Of a stretch of 24,000 bases of DNA, positions 8,877 to 16,528 are shown piece after piece. The stretch is from Rickettsiales bacterium (GTDB taxonomy: Bacteria > Pseudomonadota > Alphaproteobacteria > Rickettsiales > UBA3002). The notes below the pieces were generated by a model, which saw nothing but the letters and a program-made list of their open reading frames with translations, had not been told where the DNA came from and did not search any database. Numbering within the stretch: position 1 is the stretch's first letter; every line of letters begins with the position of its first letter. The position numbers were made by a program, and so were the translations under genes. The stretch spans positions 7,854 through 31,853 of the forward strand of contig JAIXZB010000023.1 in the NCBI GenBank assembly GCA_027489915.1, read 5' to 3'.

Positions 8877-9518
8877 ATGTATGTGAACGCGCCCATGGGG
8901 GTGACACAGGCCGCTCAGGCACCTGTGCCAGTAGCCCCGACCGTAACGCCGCAGGTAACGCCCGCGGCGCGGCGGCTGCTTAGTATTGCAGTGACGGGTA
9001 CATCGACCCCGCCGCAAGTAGCGCCCGATAGAAAATTCGTTGCGCCTGCCGCATCTTCCCGCCCACCAGTCGTATCTTTGGCACCTGATGTTACAACAGA
9101 TGCAGAAGCAGTGGATGGTGCTGTGACCACACGCCAATTGCTGCAATCTGTAACGCCGAAGCAGACAGCGTCGTTACTTCCCTCCAATATGGCTGGTTTT
9201 GCAGCGCAACTACTAGCGCAGGAGGATATGAGCGAGATTATGCTTCCAGCATCGGTGCAGATTTCGGACATGCTCAAAAAAATATCGGATAAAAAGCAAA
9301 ATACAGCACAAGCGACCACTGCACCTATTATGCTGGGTGCGAATGAAAAGACCATTCGTGTTACAAGCCAACCTGTGCTTAACACCGTGATGCGCCGCGA
9401 CACGCAAGGTGCGGTGCAGGTGCCTGGTGGTGCGCCTTCTTACATGCAGGCAGCGCAGCGTATGTTGCGCTATGACAGTGAGCCTGTGCAGGCGATTGAT
9501 GTGAATGAGGACGCTTAG
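8877..9518 (+). CDS. Hypothetical Pro/Ala/Thr/Val/Gln-rich protein, probably largely disordered; no family recognised
   Basis: The 213-aa ORF exactly fills the gap between the promoter at 8825-8853 and the stop of the convergent gene at 9519. I see no signal peptide or TM helix. It carries repeated P-Q-V-(T/A)-P motifs. No convincing Shine-Dalgarno precedes 8877 or the alternative ATG at 8895. A competing antisense ORF (8915-9403) looks like a shadow. Confidence 0.5.
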   Translation: MYVNAPMGVTQAAQAPVPVAPTVTPQVTPAARRLLSIAVTGTSTPPQVAPDRKFVAPAASSRPPVVSLAPDVTTDAEAVDGAVTTRQLLQSVTPKQTASLLPSNMAGFAAQLLAQEDMSEIMLPASVQISDMLKKISDKKQNTAQATTAPIMLGANEKTIRVTSQPVLNTVMRRDTQGAVQVPGGAPSYMQAAQRMLRYDSEPVQAIDVNEDA

Positions 9519-10058
9519 TTAAGCTGCCAGCTTGCCCAATGTAATGCTATCTACTGCCTGAGAGGCAAGCGCCGTTTCGAATTGCTGCAAGTGGGAGAGC
9601 AATGCATCCATTCCCGCATCGGCACGTGTGGTATCGCCGCGATAGACGTTATCGAGCACAGCAGCTCTCCGCGAAGCACTGTCTGCCCAGTCGCGCTGGT
9701 ATCGGGTGAGGCGGCCATGGCAGGCATCACCCATTTTGCGGATGCGTTTTCCTACCCCTAAATCGCCTACCCCAAGCTCGCGCAGTGACCTGTCGAGCGA
9801 GCTGAAGAAACATTCAAGCAACGCGCGCTGCATGGATTCGGTTCCAGAATCGCGCTTGAGGCGCTCGAGTGTAAGGAATACCAGCAACACATGCATATCG
9901 AAGCGGCCATCGATGGTATCGGCAACCTGTGCATCGGTATAGAAAAAGGGGTTTCGCGCATGGTCTGATAGTGCTACATAGAGCGCATGCGCCGAGTAGG
10001 TTTCGGGCGCAGGAGAAAATAGCAATCGCCAAAGGCGTGTGTCAGTGAGAAGTTTCAT
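9519..10058 (-). CDS. Ubiquinol-cytochrome c chaperone family protein (Cbp3-like, Ubiq_cyt_C_chap)
   Basis: Family-typical segments: YVALSDHARNPFFYTDAQVADTIDGRFDMHVLLVFLTLERL and SLRELGVGDLGVGKRIRKMG. I place the start at the ATG at 10058 (MKLLTDTRLW...) rather than the track start at 10211. That upstream extension would overlap bamE. Confidence 0.75.
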   Translation of the reverse strand: MKLLTDTRLWRLLFSPAPETYSAHALYVALSDHARNPFFYTDAQVADTIDGRFDMHVLLVFLTLERLKRDSGTESMQRALLECFFSSLDRSLRELGVGDLGVGKRIRKMGDACHGRLTRYQRDWADSASRRAAVLDNVYRGDTTRADAGMDALLSHLQQFETALASQAVDSITLGKLAA

Positions 10059-10551
10059 GAACAGACTATGTGGACCATTTGCAGGGTTTTTCAAGGGGTT
10101 TGTAGCATGTGCGGTGCTGGGTGCATCGGCATGTTCGCCGATTGTGGATAATCGTGGCCATTCGGCACAATCGATGGATATGAGCCAGATTATCAAGGGA
10201 CAATCGAGCAAAGAAGATGTGGAAGCCTTGCTTGGCAGCCCCTCGGCAGCAAGCGATTTTGGCGATCCTTCATGGTATTACATCACTGCACAGAAAGAAA
10301 CCGTTGGCGTATTTTCACCCGAAATCACCAAACAGGATGTAACCGAAATTGTGTTTGATAAGGCGGGGGTGGTGAAGGGGATCAATACCTACGATAAGAA
10401 AAATGGTAAGCCTATCGAGGTGGTAAGTAAGGAAACACCTGCAGCAGGACACAGCCTTACTTTTATGGAACAGTTGCTGGGTAATCTGGGTCGTTTTGGT
10501 GCGCCAGGGCGCGATATTTCAAGCGGTCAGGGTAGAACAGGCCGTTTTTAA
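10057..10551 (+). CDS. bamE: Outer-membrane lipoprotein BamE (SmpA/OmlA family)
   Basis: Signal peptide with lipobox (..AVLGASAC|S), then an SmpA/OmlA-like core (IKGQSSKEDVEALLGSPSAASDFGDPSWYYI...). I place the start at the ATG at 10057; the track uses an upstream GTG at 10039. Confidence 0.75.
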   Translation: MNRLCGPFAGFFKGFVACAVLGASACSPIVDNRGHSAQSMDMSQIIKGQSSKEDVEALLGSPSAASDFGDPSWYYITAQKETVGVFSPEITKQDVTEIVFDKAGVVKGINTYDKKNGKPIEVVSKETPAAGHSLTFMEQLLGNLGRFGAPGRDISSGQGRTGRF

Positions 10552-10556
10552 CAGCG

Positions 10557-11504
10557 CTAAAAATGGGTAAATCCTTGCTCGCGGAAGCGAATCGCTTCAC
10601 CGTTTGCATCGCATAATGTAACGCCTTCTCCCGCTTCAACCGTGCCAATACGTGTGATGGTAACGCCTGTATCCTCGGCTATGTGGTGTAAGCTGTTTTC
10701 GTGTGCCATGGGTGCGGTGAAAAGCAATTCGTAATCATCGCCACCACTCACAATGCGTCGCAGCAGCGCGGGGGATTGAGCATATAAGCGGCGAGCTGAA
10801 TCCGACAAAGGCAGTGCATCGGCGCGGAGTGATAAGCCAACGTTACTGCTGGCCGCGATGTGCGATGCATCTTGCAGCAGGCCATCGGAAATATCCATGC
10901 AGCTATGGGCGATGCCGTGAAGGGTGCTTGCAACACTCAGCCGTGGTTCGGGATAGTGATAGCGCGCAATCAGCGCAGCATCTGGGGTAAGTTTCCCTTG
11001 CAGCATATCAAGCCCAAGCGCTGCGTCGCCTAATGTGCCTGTGACATACACACCATCACCCATCTGCGCGCCGCTGCGTAGCAAGGGTGGGGTGGTGAGG
11101 GTGCCAAATGCGGTGAGTGATAAACTAAGCGGCCCTGTGGTTGCGGCCGTATCGCCACCCAGCAAGGTGATGCCAAACATATCCTGACATTGCGCCAAGC
11201 CATGAGCGAAATCTTTGAACCAAGATTCAGGCGTATCGCGCGGCAGCATGAGCGATACCAAATAGGCATACGCAGATGCGCCCATTGCTGCGATATCGGA
11301 TAGGTTTCTGCGCATCAGTTTATGTGCAAGCATGGAGGCGGATTCATCGCCGATGCAATGGATGCCTGCAATCACACTATCGCACGTGGTAACGAGTTGC
11401 GCACCAGCTGGAGGTGTGAGCAGCGCTGCATCATCGGTAAGACCAAAGGCTCCTTCGCCCGCAAGTGGGGCAAAGTAGCGAGCGATGCGTGAAAACTCAT
11501 TCAT
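10557..11504 (-). CDS. thiL: Thiamine-monophosphate kinase
   Basis: AIR-synthase-like fold motifs (FGLTDDAALL, NLSDIAAMGA, LLGGDT, ISDGL). The likely start is MNEFSRIARYF at 11504; the track start is 11534. Confidence 0.85.
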   Translation of the reverse strand: MNEFSRIARYFAPLAGEGAFGLTDDAALLTPPAGAQLVTTCDSVIAGIHCIGDESASMLAHKLMRRNLSDIAAMGASAYAYLVSLMLPRDTPESWFKDFAHGLAQCQDMFGITLLGGDTAATTGPLSLSLTAFGTLTTPPLLRSGAQMGDGVYVTGTLGDAALGLDMLQGKLTPDAALIARYHYPEPRLSVASTLHGIAHSCMDISDGLLQDASHIAASSNVGLSLRADALPLSDSARRLYAQSPALLRRIVSGGDDYELLFTAPMAHENSLHHIAEDTGVTITRIGTVEAGEGVTLCDANGEAIRFREQGFTHF

Positions 11505-11549
11505 CCTTATGCCATAACACAGATGTGCAGACAAAAGGTACTGAGAAGA

Positions 11550-11774
11550 TTACTTCGCAACGGGAACTATTTCACCAATCAATGTGCCTTGTGTGTCGTA
11601 GACTTTGCCGCCTTTGATGGGGTCGAATTCGACAGTGCCGTAGTAACGGTTATCATCACCAACCATGCGCAGTTTTTGATTGAGCGATCCTGCTTTAGGT
11701 GCTTCGCGCGAATCGCAGGCGGTGGTGGTGAACATCAGTGCGGTAAGTGCAAATGCAGTGGCGAGTTTGATCAT
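11550..11774 (-). CDS. Small putative lipoprotein or secreted protein, unknown function
   Basis: The sequence MIKLATAFALTALMFTTTAC|DSRE... fits the loose lipobox pattern. AGGA lies 5 nt upstream of the ATG at 11774 (the track start at 11786 lacks an SD). An AT-rich spacer with a T-tract separates it from nusB. Confidence 0.5.
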   Translation of the reverse strand: MIKLATAFALTALMFTTTACDSREAPKAGSLNQKLRMVGDDNRYYGTVEFDPIKGGKVYDTQGTLIGEIVPVAK

Positions 11775-11851
11775 AATAATCCTCATAAGTGATTCTTTTC
11801 TGTGTTCTCTATATACTATGTTTTTATAAAAAAGCGATGGGGTTTGCGTAC

Positions 11852-12334
11852 CTACCCAATACGCAATCCACGTGCAAGATGATTGAGCGCACTGTGGATG
11901 AAAGGCTGCTCGCCATCGCTGATGAAGCTTGCGGCGACGGTGGAGTATTCATCGATGAGCATGATATCTTTTGCCTCGGGACGTGCGAGCATTTCGCCGC
12001 CAAAGGCACGCAGGCACGACATCAGCACCGGGCTCATGCGCTCCTTTTTCCAACCGGGTAGAATGAGTCCGTCTATTTGTTCTTCAATAGTATCGGCGCC
12101 AATGATTGCAGCTTTAAGAATTTTCTCAAGCAAGGTTGCATCGGGCGCTACGTCCATTGCAAAATCGGGTTCTTCTGAACTGATGGAATCTTTCCAATGC
12201 GCAAGAATATTTGCGAGCATTTTGTTCACATCGATTTTCTTAGGCCCTGATACGGTTTGTGAATACAGCGCCTGCACAGCAGCCATGCGCGCCGCACGTT
12301 TTTTGGCAAGCGACTTATTGAGGGGCTTGTTCAT
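11852..12334 (-). CDS. nusB: Transcription antitermination factor NusB
   Basis: 160 aa with AARMAAVQALYSQ... It overlaps the ribH stop (ATGA), the classical ribH-nusB pairing. Confidence 0.9.
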   Translation of the reverse strand: MNKPLNKSLAKKRAARMAAVQALYSQTVSGPKKIDVNKMLANILAHWKDSISSEEPDFAMDVAPDATLLEKILKAAIIGADTIEEQIDGLILPGWKKERMSPVLMSCLRAFGGEMLARPEAKDIMLIDEYSTVAASFISDGEQPFIHSALNHLARGLRIG

Positions 12335-12777
12335 GCCGCACCCGTGGTCTCTAGGCTGAAGGCCTGTGCAATGCCGAGTAGCGCAAGTGCAGCATGCGCC
12401 GCTTCGCCGCCTTTGTTGCCTTGCGTTGGGTTGGCGCGCACTAATGCCTGCTGTTCGTTTTCGCAGGTGAGGATACCATTACCGATTGCCAAGCGCTCGA
12501 AAATCGCAAGATCCATAAGCCCACGCGCGCTTTCGGTGGCGACTGTATCGTAATGCGAGGTTTCGCCACGTATCACGCAGCCGAGCGCCACAAAAGCGCA
12601 GTAACGTTTGGAATCGGACGCGAGTGCCAGTGCGGGGGCAATTTCAAGCGCGCCCGGTACTTCAAGAATCTCGGCAGCAAACCCTGCATCCATAATGGCT
12701 TGCGTGGCGCCTGCGACCAGTTGATCGGCAATGGCGCGGTAGTAAGGAGCAACGATAATCAACACAGGTTGCGACAT
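12331..12777 (-). CDS. ribH: 6,7-dimethyl-8-ribityllumazine synthase
   Basis: 148 aa with VPGALEIAP, GCVIRGETSHYD and NKGGEAA motifs, inside the rib operon. Confidence 0.9.
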   Translation of the reverse strand: MSQPVLIIVAPYYRAIADQLVAGATQAIMDAGFAAEILEVPGALEIAPALALASDSKRYCAFVALGCVIRGETSHYDTVATESARGLMDLAIFERLAIGNGILTCENEQQALVRANPTQGNKGGEAAHAALALLGIAQAFSLETTGAA

Positions 12778-12782
12778 AAGTT

Positions 12783-13892
12783 TTAAGATGCCTTGATAGG
12801 GGTGTAGCCGAGCACTTCGAGTCCATAGCCTTCGAGGCCAATGATGCTTTTCGGTGCGTTGGTGAGCAGGTGCATGGATTTCACACCTAAATCAAGCAGG
12901 ATTTGCGCGCCAATGCCATAATCGCGCAAAATGGGCCCTTCGGGCTGCTCGGCTGTGCGTGCAATCAGCTTTTCGGACACGGCGGAGCGCTTGGGCTCGC
13001 GCAGCAATACCAACACACCCGATTCAGCTTCTGCAATCGCTTTAAGCGAGGCATCCAGCATATCGTGGCGGTTACCATGCGTATCGCCCAGTACATCGGT
13101 TAGTGTATCGAGCGCATGCATGCGCACGAGTGCTGGGGTATGCTCAGACAAGGTGCCTTTGACCAGTGCAATATGTTCGGCATAGGAAATGCGGGTGGCG
13201 AATACATGGGCGGTGAAGGTGCCGTGACGGGTGGAAAGTTCGGTACTCACCAGCCGCTCGACAAGCTGTTCGCTGCGGCGGCGGTAGGCGATTAAATCGG
13301 CGATGGTGGCAACCTTGAGGCCGTGCGTGGCAGCAAATTGCAGCAGCTCGGGCAGGCGCGCCATGGTGCCATCGTCACTCATGATTTCGCAGATAACACC
13401 TGAAGGATTCAGCCCCGCAAGCCGCGAAATATCAACGGCTGCTTCGGTGTGGCCAGCGCGTACCAGCACCCCACCATCGCGTGCTTCAAGTGGGAAAATA
13501 TGGCCGGGTGACACAATGTCGCGCGCGGATGTATAGGGGTTGATAGCCACTGCAATCGTGGTGGCGCGGTCAGCTGCGGAGATGCCTGTGGAGATGCCTT
13601 CGCGTGCTTCGATGGATACGGTGAACGCTGTGGAATGGCGCGAAGCATTGTGGCGCGCCATGGGCGGCAGGCCAAGCTCGCGCACTCGCTCTGAGCTTAG
13701 CGCAAGGCAAATGAGCCCGCGCCCATGCTTGGCCATGAAATTGACAGCATCTGGGGTGCAGGCAGAAGCGGGCATAACCAAATCGCCCTCGTTTTCGCGG
13801 TCTTCATCATCGACCAGAATGAACATGCGCCCTGCGCGTGCTTCGGCGATGATATCTTCGATGGAAGAAAGTTGTGTGTTTTTAGGGCTCAC
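12783..13892 (-). CDS. ribBA: 3,4-dihydroxy-2-butanone-4-phosphate synthase fused to a degenerate GTP cyclohydrolase II-like domain (RibBX-type RibBA)
   Basis: The N-terminal half carries DHBP synthase motifs (VDDEDRENEGDLV, RAGHTEAAVD). The C-terminal half keeps the RDYGIGAQIL.DLGV..LLTN.PK end of GCH II but has no cysteine at all. The GTG start overlaps the ribE stop (GTGA). Confidence 0.85.
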   Translation of the reverse strand: MSPKNTQLSSIEDIIAEARAGRMFILVDDEDRENEGDLVMPASACTPDAVNFMAKHGRGLICLALSSERVRELGLPPMARHNASRHSTAFTVSIEAREGISTGISAADRATTIAVAINPYTSARDIVSPGHIFPLEARDGGVLVRAGHTEAAVDISRLAGLNPSGVICEIMSDDGTMARLPELLQFAATHGLKVATIADLIAYRRRSEQLVERLVSTELSTRHGTFTAHVFATRISYAEHIALVKGTLSEHTPALVRMHALDTLTDVLGDTHGNRHDMLDASLKAIAEAESGVLVLLREPKRSAVSEKLIARTAEQPEGPILRDYGIGAQILLDLGVKSMHLLTNAPKSIIGLEGYGLEVLGYTPIKAS

Positions 13893-14479
13893 GCGGCACC
13901 TTGCAATAAACGTTCGACATAACGGGCGAGCATATCGACTTCGATATTGACCGCGTCACCTGCTTTTTTAGCGCTAAAACTGGTGACAGCAAGCGTGTGC
14001 GGAATGAGCATGACGCTGAATTGATTACCTTCCACCTGATTGACGGTAAGCGAAATACCATCGAGCGTGACAGACCCTTTGACGGCAATGTATTTGGAAA
14101 GTGGGGCGGGTGCTTCCATCACCCACGCGGAATTAGCACCGTGGGGTGTGATGGAAATGATACGCGCCACACCATCTACATGGCCGCTGACCATGTGACC
14201 ATCCATGCGGCTACTTAAGGTGAGGGCGGACTCGATATTCACCCCGTCCCCCTCTGCCCATGTGTGGGCGTTGGTGCAGCGCAGTGTTTCGGGCGATAAC
14301 GTAACGGTGAAATCATTTGCCGTAAACGCGGTGACGGTGAGGCAAATACCATTCACTGCAATCGATTGACCAATCGTATCGGCGACATTCGGGGCGGTGA
14401 TGGTGATATGCGTATTGCTTGCCTGCGCATCGGTGACGATACGTGCGATATGGGCGAGCTGTACTATACCTGTGAACAT
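13889..14479 (-). CDS. ribE: Riboflavin synthase (alpha chain)
   Basis: 196 aa starting MFTGIV, with an internal duplication carrying the GxSIAVNGxCLTV / GSVTLDGISLTV lumazine-binding repeats. Confidence 0.9.
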   Translation of the reverse strand: MFTGIVQLAHIARIVTDAQASNTHITITAPNVADTIGQSIAVNGICLTVTAFTANDFTVTLSPETLRCTNAHTWAEGDGVNIESALTLSSRMDGHMVSGHVDGVARIISITPHGANSAWVMEAPAPLSKYIAVKGSVTLDGISLTVNQVEGNQFSVMLIPHTLAVTSFSAKKAGDAVNIEVDMLARYVERLLQGAA

Positions 14480-14494
14480 GATTACGCTTTCGTG

Positions 14495-15604
14495 TTATGC
14501 AGCGTCATACACATCGAGCGCGTCACTATCAAGCGTTGTGCGGCCTATATGGGTGAAACGCTGTGCATTGGCAAGGGTTGCGGCGGCTTGCGCGCCCAGT
14601 GCCTGCTTACCATGCGGAATGAGAACGGGCGCGCGATACCAATACAGCCGCGAGACTACCCCTGCATCGACAAAGGCGGAGGAAAGTGCTGGCCCCGCTT
14701 CGACCAGAACGCGAGTGATGCCTTCGGCTGCAAGTGCTTGCAGTGCCTGCGTCGGGGTAATGCGTGATTCGCTTTCGATTGCCATGAGCTTAACACCATG
14801 CTCGCGCAAATCACTCGCGTGGCTGGCCTGCATTTCGATGGCGGTGGTGGTGGTGAGAATCCATGTGGGGAAATGATCGGCGGTGGCAACAAGCTGCGCG
14901 GCAAGCGGTGTACGCAAATGCGTGTCGAGCACCACGCGCACAGGGCTTTGCATCGCCAAGCCCGGCAGGCGGCAGGTGAGGACAGGATCATCGGCAAGCA
15001 CGGTGCCAATGCCAGTGATAATAGCATCGTGCAGCGCGCGGATACGGTGACCGTGGCGACGTGCGGCTTCGGCCGTTATCCATTGGCTTGCGCCTTCGTG
15101 ATCGGCAATCGCACCATCGAGCGAGGTGGCGAGTTTCATCGCCACATCGGGAAGGTGTTTCTGCACGCGCGCGAAAAATCCGCGGTGCTGTGCTACCGCT
15201 TCGGCTTCGCACACACCAACACTGACGGGGATGCGGAGTTTTTCGAGTGCGGCAATGCCGCGCCCCGCAACCCGCGCGTCGGGGTCGGTGGTGGCAATAA
15301 CGACACGTGCAACGCCTGCCTTGATGAGTGCATCGACGCAGGGCGGGGTTTTGCCTGTATGGGCGCAGGGCTCGAGTGTGAGATAAACAGTCGCACCTCT
15401 GGCGAGCGCGCCTGCTTGGGCGAGTGCGATGGTTTCGGCATGCGGGCGTCCTGCATCTTCGGTGCGGGCGGCACCGACCACCTTGCCTTCGCGCACTAGC
15501 ACACAGCCCACGCTGGGGTTGGGCCATGTGCGCCCGAGCCCCTGCGCCCCAAGCCGCAGTGCGTGACGCATGAAACGAATGTCGGCTGTATTATCTACCG
15601 ACAT
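14495..15604 (-). CDS. ribD: Bifunctional diaminohydroxyphosphoribosylaminopyrimidine deaminase / 5-amino-6-(5-phosphoribosylamino)uracil reductase
   Basis: 369 aa with the CDA zinc motifs HAE and PCxxxxxxPPC (LEPCAHTGKTPPC) and a C-terminal reductase domain. Confidence 0.9.
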   Translation of the reverse strand: MSVDNTADIRFMRHALRLGAQGLGRTWPNPSVGCVLVREGKVVGAARTEDAGRPHAETIALAQAGALARGATVYLTLEPCAHTGKTPPCVDALIKAGVARVVIATTDPDARVAGRGIAALEKLRIPVSVGVCEAEAVAQHRGFFARVQKHLPDVAMKLATSLDGAIADHEGASQWITAEAARRHGHRIRALHDAIITGIGTVLADDPVLTCRLPGLAMQSPVRVVLDTHLRTPLAAQLVATADHFPTWILTTTTAIEMQASHASDLREHGVKLMAIESESRITPTQALQALAAEGITRVLVEAGPALSSAFVDAGVVSRLYWYRAPVLIPHGKQALGAQAAATLANAQRFTHIGRTTLDSDALDVYDAA

Positions 15605-16053
15605 TACTCGCTCAATTCGCCAGCGAGCTGTTCAAAATCTTTGGCTTCGGTGAAATCTTTATACACCGATGCGAAGCGGATATAGGCCACGGCATCGAGT
15701 GCTTTGAGCTCTTCCATCACCAGCTGCCCGATGCGTGCGGAGGCGATTTCACTCTCGCCTTCACTCTCTAGGCGCTGCACAATGCGGTTGATAGAAAACT
15801 CCACCGCATCGGCTTCCACTGGCCGTTTGCGCAGGGCAATAGACATGGAGCGCGCGATTTTATCGCGGTCAAATAAGCGGCGCTCTCCGTTTGTTTTCAC
15901 CACGGTTAGTTCGCGCAGTTGCACCCGTTCAAACGTGGTGAAACGCGAATTACAATTAGGACAAAAACGGCGGCGGCGAATGGTGGATCCATCCTCGCTT
16001 GGCCGCGAATCTTTTACCTGCGTATCGTGGTGACTACAAAATGGGCAGCGCAT
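15604..16053 (-). CDS. nrdR: Transcriptional repressor NrdR
   Basis: [17 protein letters not shown]...[12 protein letters not shown] zinc ribbon plus an ATP-cone, 149 aa. The stop overlaps the ribD start (TAATG). Confidence 0.95.
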   Translation of the reverse strand: MRCPFCSHHDTQVKDSRPSEDGSTIRRRRFCPNCNSRFTTFERVQLRELTVVKTNGERRLFDRDKIARSMSIALRKRPVEADAVEFSINRIVQRLESEGESEIASARIGQLVMEELKALDAVAYIRFASVYKDFTEAKDFEQLAGELSE

Positions 16054-16520
16054 TATTCTACCTTAATTGATGTTTTTATGCCTTTTTCTTTAAAAGGAAC
16101 GATGTAATGCAAGACAAGGGCAGCACTTATGCCCGAGAAAATAACTAGGGGCGTGCCAGAGCCTAGAGCTAATACATGTTCAAATTTACAAGAACTGGTA
16201 AGATTAAAGTAACCCCTGCGAAAGCATTCGTATATTCCAACAAAAACAAAAAAAAGATATGTGATTACTCCAGAAAATAAGCTTAGCTTGAGTGTCATAT
16301 GCTGCTCGTTATGCTTATGAAGCTTTGCAGAAAAAGCTCCAGTTAGAAACGAAGGTATTGCCCCAATAAAATATGTCGCTACAATTACTAAAGGCCATAC
16401 ATTCGGCCTAAATAGTGCTGGTATAGACAATTTAAGCAAAATTGAGCTCAACAATATAAATACTACAGCACCAATAATTGGACCTAGTATAAAGAAGGTG
16501 AATGCTTGTCTCCAAACCAC
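16053..16520 (-). CDS. Hypothetical 4-TM membrane protein with no recognised family, encoded in an AT-rich insert
   Basis: 155-aa ORF with four clear hydrophobic helices. The GTG start lies 8 nt after the glyA stop, and the stop overlaps the nrdR start (TAATG). My hand count over 16081-16500 gives about 37% G+C, against roughly 47-57% in three adjacent 60-nt samples of nrdR and glyA. I recognise no family. Confidence 0.55.
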   Translation of the reverse strand: MVWRQAFTFFILGPIIGAVVFILLSSILLKLSIPALFRPNVWPLVIVATYFIGAIPSFLTGAFSAKLHKHNEQHMTLKLSLFSGVITYLFFVFVGIYECFRRGYFNLTSSCKFEHVLALGSGTPLVIFSGISAALVLHYIVPFKEKGIKTSIKVE

Positions 16521-16528
16521 ACGGATAC

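Noticed and set aside
8758-8922. 55-codon N-terminal extension of the SCO1/SenC ORF
   Set aside because: The extension precedes the natural membrane anchor (MRLSMVSWLV...), has a junk-like sequence, and runs across the divergent promoter and the start of the neighbouring gene.
8915-9403. 162-aa minus-strand ORF competing with the 8877-9518 hypothetical gene
   Set aside because: It is shorter and Ser/Cys/Thr/Gly-rich like a shadow frame. It has no promoter or SD context and leaves gaps on both sides. The + ORF fills the interval exactly and follows a near-consensus promoter. Still unproven; see the finding.
10059-10211. 51-codon N-terminal extension of the Cbp3-like gene
   Set aside because: It would overlap bamE by more than 150 nt. 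The family-typical sequence begins right after the Met at 10058.
10541-10562. TTTTTA...TAAAAA inverted repeat between bamE and thiL as a bidirectional terminator
   Set aside because: The stem is made entirely of A/T pairs and is formed largely by the two stop-codon regions, so it is too weak to call.
11523-11792. 89-aa + strand ORF opposite the small lipoprotein gene
   Set aside because: It has no start context and a Cys/Phe/Val-rich shadow-like sequence. The minus-strand ORF has an SD plus signal peptide and lipobox.
12331-15604. I looked for an FMN riboswitch (RFN element) associated with the rib genes
   Set aside because: The spacers within nrdR-ribD-ribE-ribBA-ribH are 0-15 nt or are overlaps. 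That leaves no room for an approximately 140-nt RFN element, and no conserved RFN core was seen in the larger spacers either.
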